The notes under the pieces are model-generated. The model worked only from the letters and a program-made list of their open reading frames with translations, did no database searches and was not told where the DNA came from. The translations under genes were made by a program, and so were the position numbers. From contig NC_068992.1 of the NCBI RefSeq assembly GCF_001194135.2, positions 47,303,902 to 47,367,516 of the forward strand: a stretch of DNA of 63,615 bases, given 5' to 3'. Position 1 is the first letter of the stretch; each line of letters starts with the position of its first letter. The DNA is from Octopus bimaculoides. Its lineage: Eukaryota. Below are positions 63,451-63,615 of this stretch, piece after piece.

Positions 63451-63615
63451 ATACGTATACATATATACAAACAAATGTATATTATATACTATATTTATGT
63501 ATGTGTTTGTATAAACATTTATATATATACGTACTCGTATATATATGTATATATATGTGTGTATCTATATATAACCTTGGCATAGCTGGTAAATTAGGAG
63601 AGTGGCTGCATGACT

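Noticed and set aside
349-63470. Dozens of ORFs rich in YI/CV/HT/ER/LS dipeptides or X runs
   Set aside because: They are translations of (TA)n, (GT)n, (CA)n and (GA)n microsatellites or of N gaps, which lack stop codons.

Overview
AT-rich, microsatellite-saturated eukaryotic draft-assembly DNA with 16 N-gaps (about 5.8 kb, 9%). The mix of tRNA-headed SINE families, (TA)n/(CA)n/(GATA)n arrays and decayed retroelements suggests an octopus (coleoid cephalopod) genome; this is inference and was not database-checked. No host protein-coding gene, rRNA, true tRNA or CRISPR array can be supported. Almost all ORFs in the supplied track are microsatellite or gap artefacts. Supported content: (i) many copies of at least four short interspersed repeat families, called A-D here, plus one full-length young tRNA-derived SINE; (ii) a 5'-truncated Tc1/mariner transposase pseudogene with one TIR; (iii) a decayed R4/Dong-like non-LTR retroelement, a Penelope-like ORF fragment, a long-TIR MITE and a possible pogo remnant; (iv) several hammerhead-ribozyme-like motifs near repeat ends that abut microsatellites. 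The most interesting signal: two different repeats (14831-14902 +, 16854-16920 -) carry the three hammerhead core strands in the order NUH -> GAAA -> CUGANGA, with helix I complementarity in exact register. That order is not a circular permutation (types I/II/III), so these are candidate non-circularly permuted hammerheads. All folds were read by eye and need computational and biochemical testing.
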